DNA from: Pseudomonadota bacterium
Lineage (GTDB): Bacteria; Pseudomonadota; Alphaproteobacteria; Kiloniellales; J153
Reading direction: 5' to 3'
Assembly (NCBI GenBank): GCA_022572685.1
Contig: JACZVL010000001.1
Coordinates: 3,914 to 67,913, forward strand
Length of the DNA: 64,000 nt
In this document: one piece after another, positions 46,080 to 55,191 of the stretch
How positions within the stretch are numbered: the first letter of the stretch is position 1
Layout: every line of letters starts with the position of its first letter
Made by a program: the position numbers and the translations under genes
The notes under the pieces: model-generated
Databases searched by the model: none
Told to the model about the DNA's origin: nothing
The model's input: the letters and a program-made list of their open reading frames with translations, nothing else

Positions 46080-46705
46080 CGACCTGGGCCGTCGTTCCCG
46101 TCAAGCGTTTCGCGGACTCGAAGTGCCGCCTCGCGGGCGTGTTGGATCCAGCGGCGCGGCGGCGGCTCTCCCTCCTCATGCTGCGCGATCTGCTCGGCGC
46201 GCTGGCCGCCACCCCCGGCCTCGACCGCGTCGTGCTGGCGACCTCGGAACCGAGTGCCGCGGGCTTCGGCTGTCCGGTCATCGACGACGGCGGCGGCGAT
46301 CTGAACGCCGCGATCGCCCGCGCCGCCGCGGCGCTGGAGGCCGCGGAAGTCGCGCGGATGCTGGTGATCGCCGCCGATATACCGCTCGCGGCGCCGGCGG
46401 AGGTCGCGCGGGTCCTGGCGGCGGGCGAGGAGGCGCCGGTGGTCATCGTTCCCGACGCGCGGGGACTCGGCACCAACGCGCTCCTGCTGTCGCCGCCTTG
46501 CGCGATGGCCCCGTGTTTCGGCACCGACAGCCGCGCGCACCACGCCGCGGCGGCAAGCAACCGGGGCCTGGCAAGCAGGGAGCTGCGCCTGCCGAGCCTC
46601 GGCTTCGACGTGGACGAGCCGGAGGACCTCGCCCGGCTGGCGCGGGTGGCCGCGGATCGGCCGGCCTACCGGTTCCTCGCCCGCACCTTCGAGGCGGCGG
46701 AATGA
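46076..46705 (+). CDS. cofC: 2-phospho-L-lactate (or analogous) guanylyltransferase
   Basis: 209 aa with an overlapping start. Contains WAVVPVKRFADSKCRL and the ADIPL motif. Confidence 0.85.
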   Translation: MTTWAVVPVKRFADSKCRLAGVLDPAARRRLSLLMLRDLLGALAATPGLDRVVLATSEPSAAGFGCPVIDDGGGDLNAAIARAAAALEAAEVARMLVIAADIPLAAPAEVARVLAAGEEAPVVIVPDARGLGTNALLLSPPCAMAPCFGTDSRAHHAAAASNRGLASRELRLPSLGFDVDEPEDLARLARVAADRPAYRFLARTFEAAE

Positions 46706-49152
46706 CGGGAATCGAGCAGGTCCTGGAGCGCGCGCGGGAGGGCGTTCGCCCGTCACCGGCGGAGGCTGTCGCCTTGGCCGGATTCGACGACCTGCCGGCC
46801 CTGATGGCGGCCGCCGAGGCGATCGCACAGGCCGGCCACGGCCGGCGGGTCAGCTACTCGCGGAAGGTCTTCATCCCGCTGACCAAGCTGTGCCGGGACG
46901 TCTGCCACTACTGCACCTTCGCCCAGCCGCCGGGCAACGGCGCGGCCGCCTTCCTGACCCCGGAGCAGGTCATCGAGATCGCCCGCGCCGGCGCCGCGGC
47001 GGGCTGCAAGGAGGCGCTGTTCACCCTCGGCGACAAGCCGGAGCTGCGCTATCGCGCGGCGCGCGAGGCGCTGGCCGCGCTCGGTCACGAGACCACGCTG
47101 TCCTATCTGGAGGCGGTGGCCCGGCTGACCCTGGAGACCACCGGCCTGCTGCCGCACCTCAACCCCGGCGTCATGACCGCGGAGGACCTGCGCCGGTTGC
47201 GGCCGGTCTCGGCCTCCATGGGGTTGATGATCGAATCGGTCTCGGACCGGCTGTGCGAGCGAGGCGGCCCCCATTGGGGCTCGCCCGACAAGCGGCCGGC
47301 CGCGCGCCTGGCGACCATCCGCGCCGCCGGCGAGCTGCGCATCCCCTTCACCACCGGGCTTTTGATCGGGATCGGCGAGACCCGGGCCGAGCGGGTCGCG
47401 GCGCTGCTGGCGCTGCGCGAGTTGCACGACGCCCACGGCCACATCCAGGAGATCATCATCCAGAACTTCCGGGCCAAGCCCGGCACCCGCATGGCGAGCG
47501 CGCCGGAACCGAGCCTGGAGGCGCACCTCTGGACCGTCGCGGTGGCGCGCGTGCTGTTCGGACCCGGGATGACGGTCCAGGCGCCGCCCAACCTGCAGCC
47601 CGGCGCCCGCGCGGCCCTGATCCGCGCCGGGATCGACGATTGGGGCGGGGTCTCGCCGGTCACCCCGGATCACGTCAATCCGGAGGCACCCTGGCCGCGG
47701 CTCGACGCCCTGGCCGCGGAAACCGCGGGCGCCGGCCGGGTCCTGGTGGAGCGGCTCGCGGTCCATCCGGACTATGCGCTGAATCCGGCCGAGTGGCTGG
47801 ATGCCGCGTTGAGGCCGGCCGTGCTCCGGCTCTCCGACGCGGACGGCCTGGCCCGGACCGACTCCTGGTGCGCCGGCGCCCAGACCGCGCCGCCGGTGGG
47901 CGAAATGGCGCCATCGGGGCTCGCCCGGGGGGGGCAGGCATCCGCCGGGCTGGCATCCGCCGAACTGTCGCCGATCCTGGAGCGCGCGCGCGCCGGCCGG
48001 GCCCTGTCGGAAGCGGACATCGTCGGGCTCTTCGCGGCCCGGGGGCCGGACGTCGCGGCCGTGGTGACGGCGGCCGACGCCCTGCGCGCCGAAACCGTTG
48101 GCGACGGCGTCGCCTACGTCGTCAACCGCAACATCAACTACACCAACGTGTGCGTCTATCGCTGCAACTTCTGTGCCTTCTCCAAGGGCCGGACCGCGGC
48201 CGCGCTGCGCGGCCGGCCCTATGATCTGTCCCATGAGGAGATCGCGCGGCGGGTGCGCGAGGCCTGGGCGCGGGGCGCCACCGAGGTCTGCCTGCAAGGC
48301 GGCATCCATCCCGATTACACCGGCCAGACCTATCTGGACGTGCTGGCGACCGTGAAGGCGGCGGCGCCGGACATGCACGTCCATGCCTTCTCGCCGCTCG
48401 AGGTGACCCACGGCGCCGAGACGCTCGGCCTCCCGGTGGCGGCGTTCCTGGGCGAGTTGAAGGCGGCGGGGCTCGGCTCGCTGCCCGGCACGGCGGCCGA
48501 GATTCTCGACGACGAGGTGCGCGCCGTGATCTGCCCCGACAAGCTGGCGACGGCCGAGTGGCTGGAGGTCATGCGCGCGGCCCACGGCCTGGGGCTGCGC
48601 ACCACGGCGACCATCATGTTCGGCCATGTCGACCGGCCCCGGCACTGGGCGCGTCATATCCGGCACGTCCGCGCCCTGCAGGAGGAGACCGGCGGCTTCA
48701 CCGAGTTCGTGCCCCTGGCCTTCGTGCACATGGAGGCGCCGATCTGGCTGCGCGGCCAGTCGCGCCCGGGACCGACCTTTCGCGAGGCGATCCTGATGCA
48801 CGCGGTCGCGCGGCTCGCGTTCCACCCGGTGATCCCCAACATCCAGGTGTCCTGGGTCAAGCTGGGGCCGGCGGGTGCCGCGGCGGCCCTGCGCGCCGGC
48901 GCCAACGATCTGGGCGGGGTGCTGATGAACGAATCGATCACCCGCGCCGCCGGCGCCAGCCACGGTCAGGAAATGAGCCCGGCCGAGCTCGATGATTTGA
49001 TACGCGGGCTCGGCCGCGAGCCCCGGCAGCGGACCACGCTCTATGGAACGCCGCCCCCGGAACGGCGCGCGGCGGCGCGGAGCGCGGGCCCGATCGCGGA
49101 GATCGAGGAGACCCCGCTGGGCCGTCGCAAGCTGGACGTGGCGGCCGAATAG
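46702..49152 (+). CDS. fbiC: Bifunctional FO synthase (fused CofG plus CofH radical SAM domains)
   Basis: ATG 46702, an ATGA overlap with cofC. Two CxxxCxxC motifs are present (CRDVCHYC and CVYRCNFC). 816 aa. The track start at 45904 is read-through. Confidence 0.9.
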   Translation: MTGIEQVLERAREGVRPSPAEAVALAGFDDLPALMAAAEAIAQAGHGRRVSYSRKVFIPLTKLCRDVCHYCTFAQPPGNGAAAFLTPEQVIEIARAGAAAGCKEALFTLGDKPELRYRAAREALAALGHETTLSYLEAVARLTLETTGLLPHLNPGVMTAEDLRRLRPVSASMGLMIESVSDRLCERGGPHWGSPDKRPAARLATIRAAGELRIPFTTGLLIGIGETRAERVAALLALRELHDAHGHIQEIIIQNFRAKPGTRMASAPEPSLEAHLWTVAVARVLFGPGMTVQAPPNLQPGARAALIRAGIDDWGGVSPVTPDHVNPEAPWPRLDALAAETAGAGRVLVERLAVHPDYALNPAEWLDAALRPAVLRLSDADGLARTDSWCAGAQTAPPVGEMAPSGLARGGQASAGLASAELSPILERARAGRALSEADIVGLFAARGPDVAAVVTAADALRAETVGDGVAYVVNRNINYTNVCVYRCNFCAFSKGRTAAALRGRPYDLSHEEIARRVREAWARGATEVCLQGGIHPDYTGQTYLDVLATVKAAAPDMHVHAFSPLEVTHGAETLGLPVAAFLGELKAAGLGSLPGTAAEILDDEVRAVICPDKLATAEWLEVMRAAHGLGLRTTATIMFGHVDRPRHWARHIRHVRALQEETGGFTEFVPLAFVHMEAPIWLRGQSRPGPTFREAILMHAVARLAFHPVIPNIQVSWVKLGPAGAAAALRAGANDLGGVLMNESITRAAGASHGQEMSPAELDDLIRGLGREPRQRTTLYGTPPPERRAAARSAGPIAEIEETPLGRRKLDVAAE

Positions 49153-49191
49153 ATTGGTCTTAATTTCAGCTTCGGAACGATGTCCCAGACC

Positions 49192-49259
49192 CTATTAAAG
49201 GGACACCATACTTAATTCCCGGCACGGGCTATCAATTAAGTATGCTGTCCCTTTAATAG
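49192..49259. repeat. Inverted pair of REP-like elements (CTATTAAAGGGACACCATACTTAATT / AATTAAGTATGCTGTCCCTTTAATAG)
   Basis: Read directly at 49192-49217 and 49234-49259. The same 26-mer recurs at 49294-49319 (inverted) and 50022-50047. Confidence 0.8.
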
Positions 49260-49293
49260 AAGCGCTCTTTAATAGCGTTTCCAATAGCTTACC

Positions 49294-50062
49294 CTATTTT
49301 AGGGACAGCATACTTAATTCGCCTTGCTTCGCTTCGGCTTGGGCCCACGCCTTTGCGGCGCGAGGGTCCGTCCCAAGCGCCTTTCCAGGGCGGCCAGGAA
49401 CGGCTCGCCGCCGAGCGGCCGGCCGCTGCGTTGGTGGCGGCGCAAGGCCTCGGCCGCCGCGGTATCGAGTCCCTCATCGAGAAACCCGGCCCAATCGTCG
49501 ACTAGCGCCAGGAGCGGCCCGGTTTTCACCAGCCGATCGTCCCGGCCCGCCAGATGCGCCGCGGCGCTGCTCCAGGGATAGTCCTGCGCCCGCCGCGCCA
49601 GGCGCGCCCGCACCGGGTTGAGCTCCACGTAGCGCGCCGCACTGAGAAGATAGGCCTCGTCCATCGGAAAGGAGATAAAGCGCCCCTGCCACAGGTGTCC
49701 GGTCCAGCCCTCGCGACGATTGATCCGCAGGGTGTAGCGACGGTGCGCCTCCCCGATCGCCCGGCGCAAGCCATCCGCCGTCTCGGGGGTGGCGATCAGA
49801 TGCACATGGTTCGGCATCAGGCAGTAGGCCCAGATCTCCACGCCACGGCGTCCACACCACTCGGCCATCAGCGCCAGATAGGCGCGGTAGTCCGCCTCCG
49901 AGAAGAAGGTCTCCTGCCGTCGGTTGCCCCGCTGCGTCACGTGGTGCGGCAGGCCCGGGGCGACCACGCGCGCCAATCTCACCATCCGGAAAGACTACGA
50001 CGGCCCGAATGCGCAGACCAGAATTAAGTATGCTGTCCCTTTAATAGCTGTCCCTTTAATAG
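49294..50062 (-). mobile_element. RAYT unit: REP-associated tyrosine transposase gene flanked by inverted REP copies
   Basis: The left REP is CTATTTTAGGGACAGCATACTTAATT (49294-49319). The right REP is AATTAAGTATGCTGTCCCTTTAATAG (50022-50047), followed by the partial duplicate CTGTCCCTTTAATAG (50048-50062). Confidence 0.8.
49314..49985 (-). CDS. REP-associated tyrosine transposase (RAYT; IS200/IS605-like Y1 transposase family)
   Basis: 223 aa. Contains LPHHVTQRGNRRQETFF, the HuH motif MPNHVHLIA, and a catalytic Tyr region (YVELNPVRA...YPWSS). Confidence 0.85.
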   Translation of the reverse strand: MVRLARVVAPGLPHHVTQRGNRRQETFFSEADYRAYLALMAEWCGRRGVEIWAYCLMPNHVHLIATPETADGLRRAIGEAHRRYTLRINRREGWTGHLWQGRFISFPMDEAYLLSAARYVELNPVRARLARRAQDYPWSSAAAHLAGRDDRLVKTGPLLALVDDWAGFLDEGLDTAAAEALRRHQRSGRPLGGEPFLAALERRLGRTLAPQRRGPKPKRSKAN

Positions 50063-50084
50063 GCTGGCCGCGTTGGGTCGCGGT

Positions 50085-51041
50085 TCAGGCGCCCGCCTTC
50101 AGCTTCGGGATGATGTCCCGGGCGATCGCCTCGACCTGCTCCATCTCGTAGCGGTAGGGCACGAAGATGATGCGGTCGACGCCGGTCGCGACGTGGGCCT
50201 GAAGCTGTTCGACGCATTCCTCGGGGGTGCCCATGATCGCGCTCTCGGGCGTCGAGCTGCTCCAGGACGCGAAGTCCCACTCGGTCTTGAGCCATTCGTT
50301 CATCGGCCCCTCGACCTTGTCGCGCGGCCCGACCACGATCGGCAGCTGGTTGCAGCTGATCAGGGTGGCCGGGTCCTTGCCGGCTTCCTCGGCGTAGTCG
50401 CAGACCTTGGTCCAGTCGGCGGCGAAGGCGTCGGGCCGGTAGAAATAGGTCAGCCAGCCATCGCCCTTGACCCCGGCCCGCTTGAGCACGCGGTCGACGT
50501 AGCCGCCGATCAGCAGCGGCGGCCGGGGCTGCTGCACCGGCTTGGGATACATCCGCGCCTGGCGCAGATTGTAGGGCCCGAACTCGCCGGTGACCGAGTC
50601 CTCCGTCAGCAGCGCGTTCAGGATGTCGAGATTCTGGTCCATGATCTTGCCGCGCCGGTGGAAATCCACCCCGACCGCGTCGAACTCGCGCTTGTACCAG
50701 CCCGCCGCCATGCCGAGGGTCAGGCGGCCGTTGGAGATCTGATCGAGCGAGGCGATCTGCTTGGCGAGCACCACCGGGTTGCGCAGGGGCAGCACCAGAA
50801 TGCCGGTGCCGAGCTTGATCTTGCTGGTGCGGGCGGCGACGGCGGCGAGCAGGGTGAGGGAGTCGATGATCGGGAAGCAGGGATCGACGCCCAGCAGGAT
50901 GTGGTCCCAGACCCAAAGCGACTCGTAGCCCAGTTCCTCGGCGCGCTCGGCGAAGGCGATCAGCTCCTGGGGATCCGGGCTGTCCGGATAGGCCTGAAAG
51001 TTGCGCAGCGCGATGCCGTAGGAGGTGGTCTTCTTGGCCAT
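50085..51041 (-). CDS. LLM-class oxidoreductase (luciferase-like; flavin or F420 dependent)
   Basis: 318 aa. Contains YESLWVWDHIL, RLTLGMAAGW and the C-terminal VDRIIFVP. Confidence 0.85.
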   Translation of the reverse strand: MAKKTTSYGIALRNFQAYPDSPDPQELIAFAERAEELGYESLWVWDHILLGVDPCFPIIDSLTLLAAVAARTSKIKLGTGILVLPLRNPVVLAKQIASLDQISNGRLTLGMAAGWYKREFDAVGVDFHRRGKIMDQNLDILNALLTEDSVTGEFGPYNLRQARMYPKPVQQPRPPLLIGGYVDRVLKRAGVKGDGWLTYFYRPDAFAADWTKVCDYAEEAGKDPATLISCNQLPIVVGPRDKVEGPMNEWLKTEWDFASWSSSTPESAIMGTPEECVEQLQAHVATGVDRIIFVPYRYEMEQVEAIARDIIPKLKAGA

Positions 51042-51063
51042 TCTGGGTCCCTCGTCGTGACGG

Positions 51064-51825
51064 TTAGGCTATGTAGAGCCGGTCGGGATCGAGTTCGCGC
51101 AGCACGGCGAGCTCGCGCGCGCTCGGCGGCTCGGTGGTTTCCAGCTCGCCCACCTGAATCTCGAATCCCGTGTTGTCGCGCACCTGGTCGATGGAAACAC
51201 CGGTGTGCAGCGCCTCCACCACCATCTCGCGGCCGGTCTCGGTGAAGCCGAGGATCGCCAGGTCGGTCACCACCTTGAACATGCCGCCCGTGGGCAAGCC
51301 GGATTCGGCGCGGCTGGTGCCGCCTTCGATGAAACCGGGAGAGGTGATGAAGTCGACCCTCTCCACGAAGCGCCGCTTCTCGTGCCTCATGGTGACGATC
51401 ATCTGGGTAAGACTGGATATGTCGTTGCCGCCGCCGGTGCCGGGCAGGCGGATCTTCGGGTTCGCCGGGTCGCCGATATAGGAGCTGTTCAGGTTGCCGT
51501 ACCTGTCGATCTGCGCCCCGCCCATGAAACCGATGTCGACGTAACCGCGCTGCAGCAGCAACAGAACGTCGGTGATCGGCAGCACCATGTTGGCCCGCCG
51601 GGTACAGCGCTGCTCGTTGGTCGAGGGCGGCAACTCGCCGGGCACCACGAAGGGGCCGATCACGCCGCCCTCGAACAGGATGGTCAGGCCGGGGCCGTGC
51701 AGCCGCTGGGCGAGGGTCGCCGCCAGCAGGGGCACGCCGACGCCGGCGAACACGACCTGGCCGTCGCTCAGCAGCCGGGCGCTCATGACCGCGAGCAACT
51801 CCGAGGCGGTGTATCGCTCAGTCAT
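51064..51825 (-). CDS. CoA-transferase subunit B (glutaconate/3-oxoacid CoA-transferase family)
   Basis: Begins MTERYTASELLAVMSARLL at ATG 51825, an 8-nt overlap (ATGACTGA) with subunit A. Contains FEGG and GGAQID. Confidence 0.85.
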   Translation of the reverse strand: MTERYTASELLAVMSARLLSDGQVVFAGVGVPLLAATLAQRLHGPGLTILFEGGVIGPFVVPGELPPSTNEQRCTRRANMVLPITDVLLLLQRGYVDIGFMGGAQIDRYGNLNSSYIGDPANPKIRLPGTGGGNDISSLTQMIVTMRHEKRRFVERVDFITSPGFIEGGTSRAESGLPTGGMFKVVTDLAILGFTETGREMVVEALHTGVSIDQVRDNTGFEIQVGELETTEPPSARELAVLRELDPDRLYIA

Positions 51826-52774
51826 TGTGGATGCTCCGTCCCCGCCGCGCCGCATCGAGCATCTCGTCCAGCCCCAGGAGTTTCAGGTAGTCGTTCCAGC
51901 TGTCGGGCCCATAGTGGAACCGCTCGAGATACCGCTTCACACCGGCCTCGGCATCGTCCTTGGTCGCCTTGGCATAGTCGTCCAGGTGCCCGAAGAACGG
52001 CTCGTAGAGGCCATAGCATTCGTGGGGCGCGGCGCCGAACGGCACTTCGACGACCGCGTCCACCGTGAAGAAGGGGATCTTGGTCTGGTCCGGCGTGCGG
52101 CGGATCTGATCGTTCGAGACGATGCGCTCGGTGGTCAGGATGACCCGCCGCGCCGCCATCGCGATATCGATATCCATGAACTGAAGGCCGTCGAGCTGGG
52201 CGTTGCCGTAGGCGTCGGCCCGCTGCACGTGGATCAGCGCGACGTCCGGGTTGAGCGCGGGCAGCGCCAGCAGGCGATCGCCGGTGAACGGGCAGTCGAT
52301 CTCCCGCGCCGCGTCGCCGATCACCTCGCGCACGCCGGAGCCCATCATCGAGCGCGTCGGCATGAACGGCAGGCCCATGGCGCCGGCGCGGTAGCGCAAG
52401 CCCATGGACATGTGGCTCCATTCCTCGAAGCGCGCCTGGCCGGTCTCGGTGTAGTGGCGCATCACCTTGGAAATGCCCCAGACGATGCCCTGGCTGAACC
52501 AGCTGGTGACGATGTGGCCGCTGACGCCCGATCCGTAGAGCAGATCGCCCTCGGTCGAGACGATGCTGCGCGACACGGTCAGCTCCTTCCGCCGCGCCCG
52601 GATCAAGGCCCAGATCAACGCCATGGGGGTCCGCGACAGGGTGCAGCCGCCGAGCGCCACGTGGTCGCCATCGTGGATGAAGGCCGCCGCTTCCTCGAGC
52701 GATACCACCTTCTCGCGCAAGCTTCGGTCGCGCGTTCGCGTCTCCTCGCGCAACTCAAGATAGGACTTCACCAT
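51818..52774 (-). CDS. CoA-transferase subunit A
   Basis: Contains KVVSLEEAAAFIHDGDHVALGG, typical of the subunit A N-terminus. The start is assigned to ATG 52774 (MVKSYLEL...). The upstream part of the track ORF is Arg/Pro-rich read-through. Confidence 0.8.
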   Translation of the reverse strand: MVKSYLELREETRTRDRSLREKVVSLEEAAAFIHDGDHVALGGCTLSRTPMALIWALIRARRKELTVSRSIVSTEGDLLYGSGVSGHIVTSWFSQGIVWGISKVMRHYTETGQARFEEWSHMSMGLRYRAGAMGLPFMPTRSMMGSGVREVIGDAAREIDCPFTGDRLLALPALNPDVALIHVQRADAYGNAQLDGLQFMDIDIAMAARRVILTTERIVSNDQIRRTPDQTKIPFFTVDAVVEVPFGAAPHECYGLYEPFFGHLDDYAKATKDDAEAGVKRYLERFHYGPDSWNDYLKLLGLDEMLDAARRGRSIHND

Positions 52775-53214
52775 GAGGCCCTCGCCCTCCCCATCACGAT
52801 CGAAATACTCGGCCACATCCTGTCGCTCACGCCGGGGCAAGCCTTCGGGGCCGACGCCCGCCCGGGCAGGTTCCGTTCGACGCTTGCCAAGTTCGGCGCT
52901 TTCAAAGATAGGCGGGAGGACAACATCCGGTATGCGACCCTGGCGAATGGCGTTTGTTGTTCTTGCGCGCGGCCGCAGGGGCCGCCACGGAAGCAGCATA
53001 GCTCAATGATGTTATCATTCCAATATTAGTATGACCGATCCCGCGACCCGCACCGGCGCCCGCCGACGGTCTCTCGATCGCGGGTGGCGTCTCGAGGTAT
53101 CGGAACGGCTTTCTCATCCACGGAGGCCACGGGGCGCGCCTCATCGGCTCGAGTCGGTTTCCCCCGACACCGCCCGTTTCGGCACGGTCGTTCGCCGGCG
53201 TCCATGCGCCGCGA

Positions 53215-53841
53215 TCAATGGGCGAGGATGTTTCGCAGCTGGCGCGCTCCGATGGGCATGGGGGCACTCGACTTGAAGGCCTGCCACAGACACTCCTTGG
53301 GAGTGCCCGCGTAGTGAACCGGCATGTCGTCGCTGTCCTGGTCGAAGCGCCAGGTCGACGCGGCGTATCGCCTGGCCGCGGTCCAGATCTCCTGGGCCTG
53401 CATGCCGAGAGCAAGCTCATCGAGGAAGGTCTCGGCAAAATAGCACAAGGCCGCGTTGCGCTTGCGAATCGCCTCCTCGCGCCACCACGGGATGCCGCCA
53501 CGGGGGAAGATCAGGCCGAGGCCTTCATCGAGGGTGCAAAACTGCCGCGTGAGAAACCCGTCGATCGCCTCGCCCAACCAGGCCGCGAGGTCGCCGTCGA
53601 GCGGCTTGCCTTCGAAGCAACGGGCCATGATCTCCCGTAAATTGTCGATGGACGCGAATATGCCGCTCGACGCCGCCTGGGATACGGTGGATGCGCAAGG
53701 CTGGCTGTCCTGGGACGATGCGTCGAATTCGACATCACGTGGCGCGAGATCGTCATCGCCGCGGGTGGCGGCCGTCGCTGCACCGGCGGGAAAGTAGGTC
53801 GAAGGGACCGGACTGCCTTCGTCATCATCTGTCGCCGTCAT
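53215..53841 (-). CDS. Hypothetical protein (208 aa, acidic N-terminus), no family recognised
   Basis: ATG 53841 is preceded by GGGAG. The C-terminal two thirds look like ordinary coding composition (…IFPRGGIPWWREEAIRKRNAALCYFAETFLDEL…). The upstream 154 codons of the track ORF were rejected. Confidence 0.5.
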   Translation of the reverse strand: MTATDDDEGSPVPSTYFPAGAATAATRGDDDLAPRDVEFDASSQDSQPCASTVSQAASSGIFASIDNLREIMARCFEGKPLDGDLAAWLGEAIDGFLTRQFCTLDEGLGLIFPRGGIPWWREEAIRKRNAALCYFAETFLDELALGMQAQEIWTAARRYAASTWRFDQDSDDMPVHYAGTPKECLWQAFKSSAPMPIGARQLRNILAH

Positions 53842-53975
53842 GCGAATCTCCCGTGTTTTCTGTTCGCTTGTCGTCGCGCTCCCAGGAAACGCGCAGGAGC
53901 GCGCATTCATTCCCGAACACCGGTACCACGCTGCGCCCGGTGGCGGAGGCAATGCAATCACGTCATCGAACTTGT

Positions 53976-53999
53976 TTTGCCACGGAATTACATGGCAAA
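53976..53999. promoter_or_regulatory. Inverted repeat TTTGCCA-N10-TGGCAAA in a divergent promoter region
   Basis: Read directly in the lower-GC 295-bp gap between 53841 (-) and 54137 (+). Confidence 0.3.
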
Positions 54000-54136
54000 C
54001 TATTAAGTGTAAATTTGTGTATGATCCTGCCGGCGCCGTCATGACCGCGTGAGTGAGGACGGCTCGGTACCCGCTTGGCGAGATTATTTGCGGACGGGGT
54101 TGCCATTCTTCCGAGCGGGGGGGAGGGCACGACGGC

Positions 54137-55042
54137 ATGAACGAGGTCGATTGCTCGCGTTCGGACCGCGACGTTGGTTCGGTGCTGAGTGGCGAAGAGG
54201 TCGAGCGCCTGCGCGAGGCGATCGGCTGGCTTCGCGGCCAGCGAGGCCTCAAACTGAAGGACATCGCACTCGGTTGCGACGCGGCCGAGCATACGGTGCG
54301 CAACTTCGCCTACCGCAAGAGCATCCGGCCGGACAACGCCTTCCTCGGAAAGCTCTACAAATTCATCGCCGGGCGCAAGGAGCTGCTGCCCGACGATTTT
54401 TTCGCGGATGGCAAGGAAGCGCCCCCGCGCGGGCGCAGCGAGTTCGTCGGGCGGTTGGGCCGTTTCGACCTCGTGCGCATGGAATTGCCGATCACCAAAG
54501 ACGATCTCAACCGGGTATTCGACCGCTACAGCGGTTTCTACCTCTGTTTCCGGCGGTCCTACCGGCCCGGCAAGGTGTCGGTCTCATGGCTGCATATCCT
54601 GCCGCTCAATCCAAATCTGGACGTCGCCGCCGAGGGCCTGCCGCTCCCCCGCTTCACGTTGTTCATCGAATATCCCGATGCCATCGACCCCGAGGCGAGA
54701 CGCAGCTACATCATCGGCGGTTATGCGCTCCGCCGGAACGGCCGTATCTATCTCGTCGGCCAGAACGATGGCGATCTGAAGTATTTCACGTTCAAAGAGC
54801 CGTCCAGCAGCCGGTTCACCTATATGCAGGGCCTTTCGCTGCTGACCTCGGTCGAAGACGGCGAGCCGTTCGCGACCCGGGTCGTCTGCCAGTATCTCGG
54901 CAGAAAGGCGGCGCGCGAGGATTGGAACGGCAAGATCGGCGTCTTCCCCGACGCGACGTTCCACGACCTGTTCGACAACGCCGACATCATCAAGCGCGCC
55001 ATCGGCGACGGCCCGATTCTCACCGGCGACAATCCGGACTGA
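54137..55042 (+). CDS. Putative XRE-like HTH protein with a large uncharacterised C-terminal domain (301 aa)
   Basis: ATG 54137 is preceded by GGGAGGG. The N-terminal segment LRGQRGLKLKDIALGCDAAEHTVRNFAYRKSIRPDNAFLGKLYKFI resembles Cro/C1-type HTH. No family is recognised for the remaining ~220 aa. Confidence 0.55.
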   Translation: MNEVDCSRSDRDVGSVLSGEEVERLREAIGWLRGQRGLKLKDIALGCDAAEHTVRNFAYRKSIRPDNAFLGKLYKFIAGRKELLPDDFFADGKEAPPRGRSEFVGRLGRFDLVRMELPITKDDLNRVFDRYSGFYLCFRRSYRPGKVSVSWLHILPLNPNLDVAAEGLPLPRFTLFIEYPDAIDPEARRSYIIGGYALRRNGRIYLVGQNDGDLKYFTFKEPSSSRFTYMQGLSLLTSVEDGEPFATRVVCQYLGRKAAREDWNGKIGVFPDATFHDLFDNADIIKRAIGDGPILTGDNPD

Positions 55043-55191
55043 CGGAACCAGCGGTGTCGGCGCCACGCCGCCACGGTGTCCGGAACTCCGCGAGCTTTGA
55101 ATTACCGATACCTGGCCGCAGATTGAGGTCGTAAGGCGGCAAAAGCGCCCCGTCGCCGCGCGGCACCTTCAGCAACGCCGGATGAACGGTC

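Noticed and set aside
46753-48963. 736-aa ORF antisense to fbiC, plus the 444-aa alternative plus-frame ORF at 46890-48224
   Set aside because: Low-complexity Arg/Gly/Pro translations. fbiC in its own frame shows two CxxxCxxC radical SAM motifs and full CofG/CofH similarity.
52775-53214. Possible gene or sRNA in the 440-bp gap upstream of the CoA-transferase operon (ORFs 53031-53276 + and 52902-53501 -)
   Set aside because: Both ORFs are Arg/Pro/Ala-rich with no motifs or RBS. Only a small palindrome (AATGAT-GTT-ATCATT at 53005-53019) stands out, which is insufficient to call a feature.
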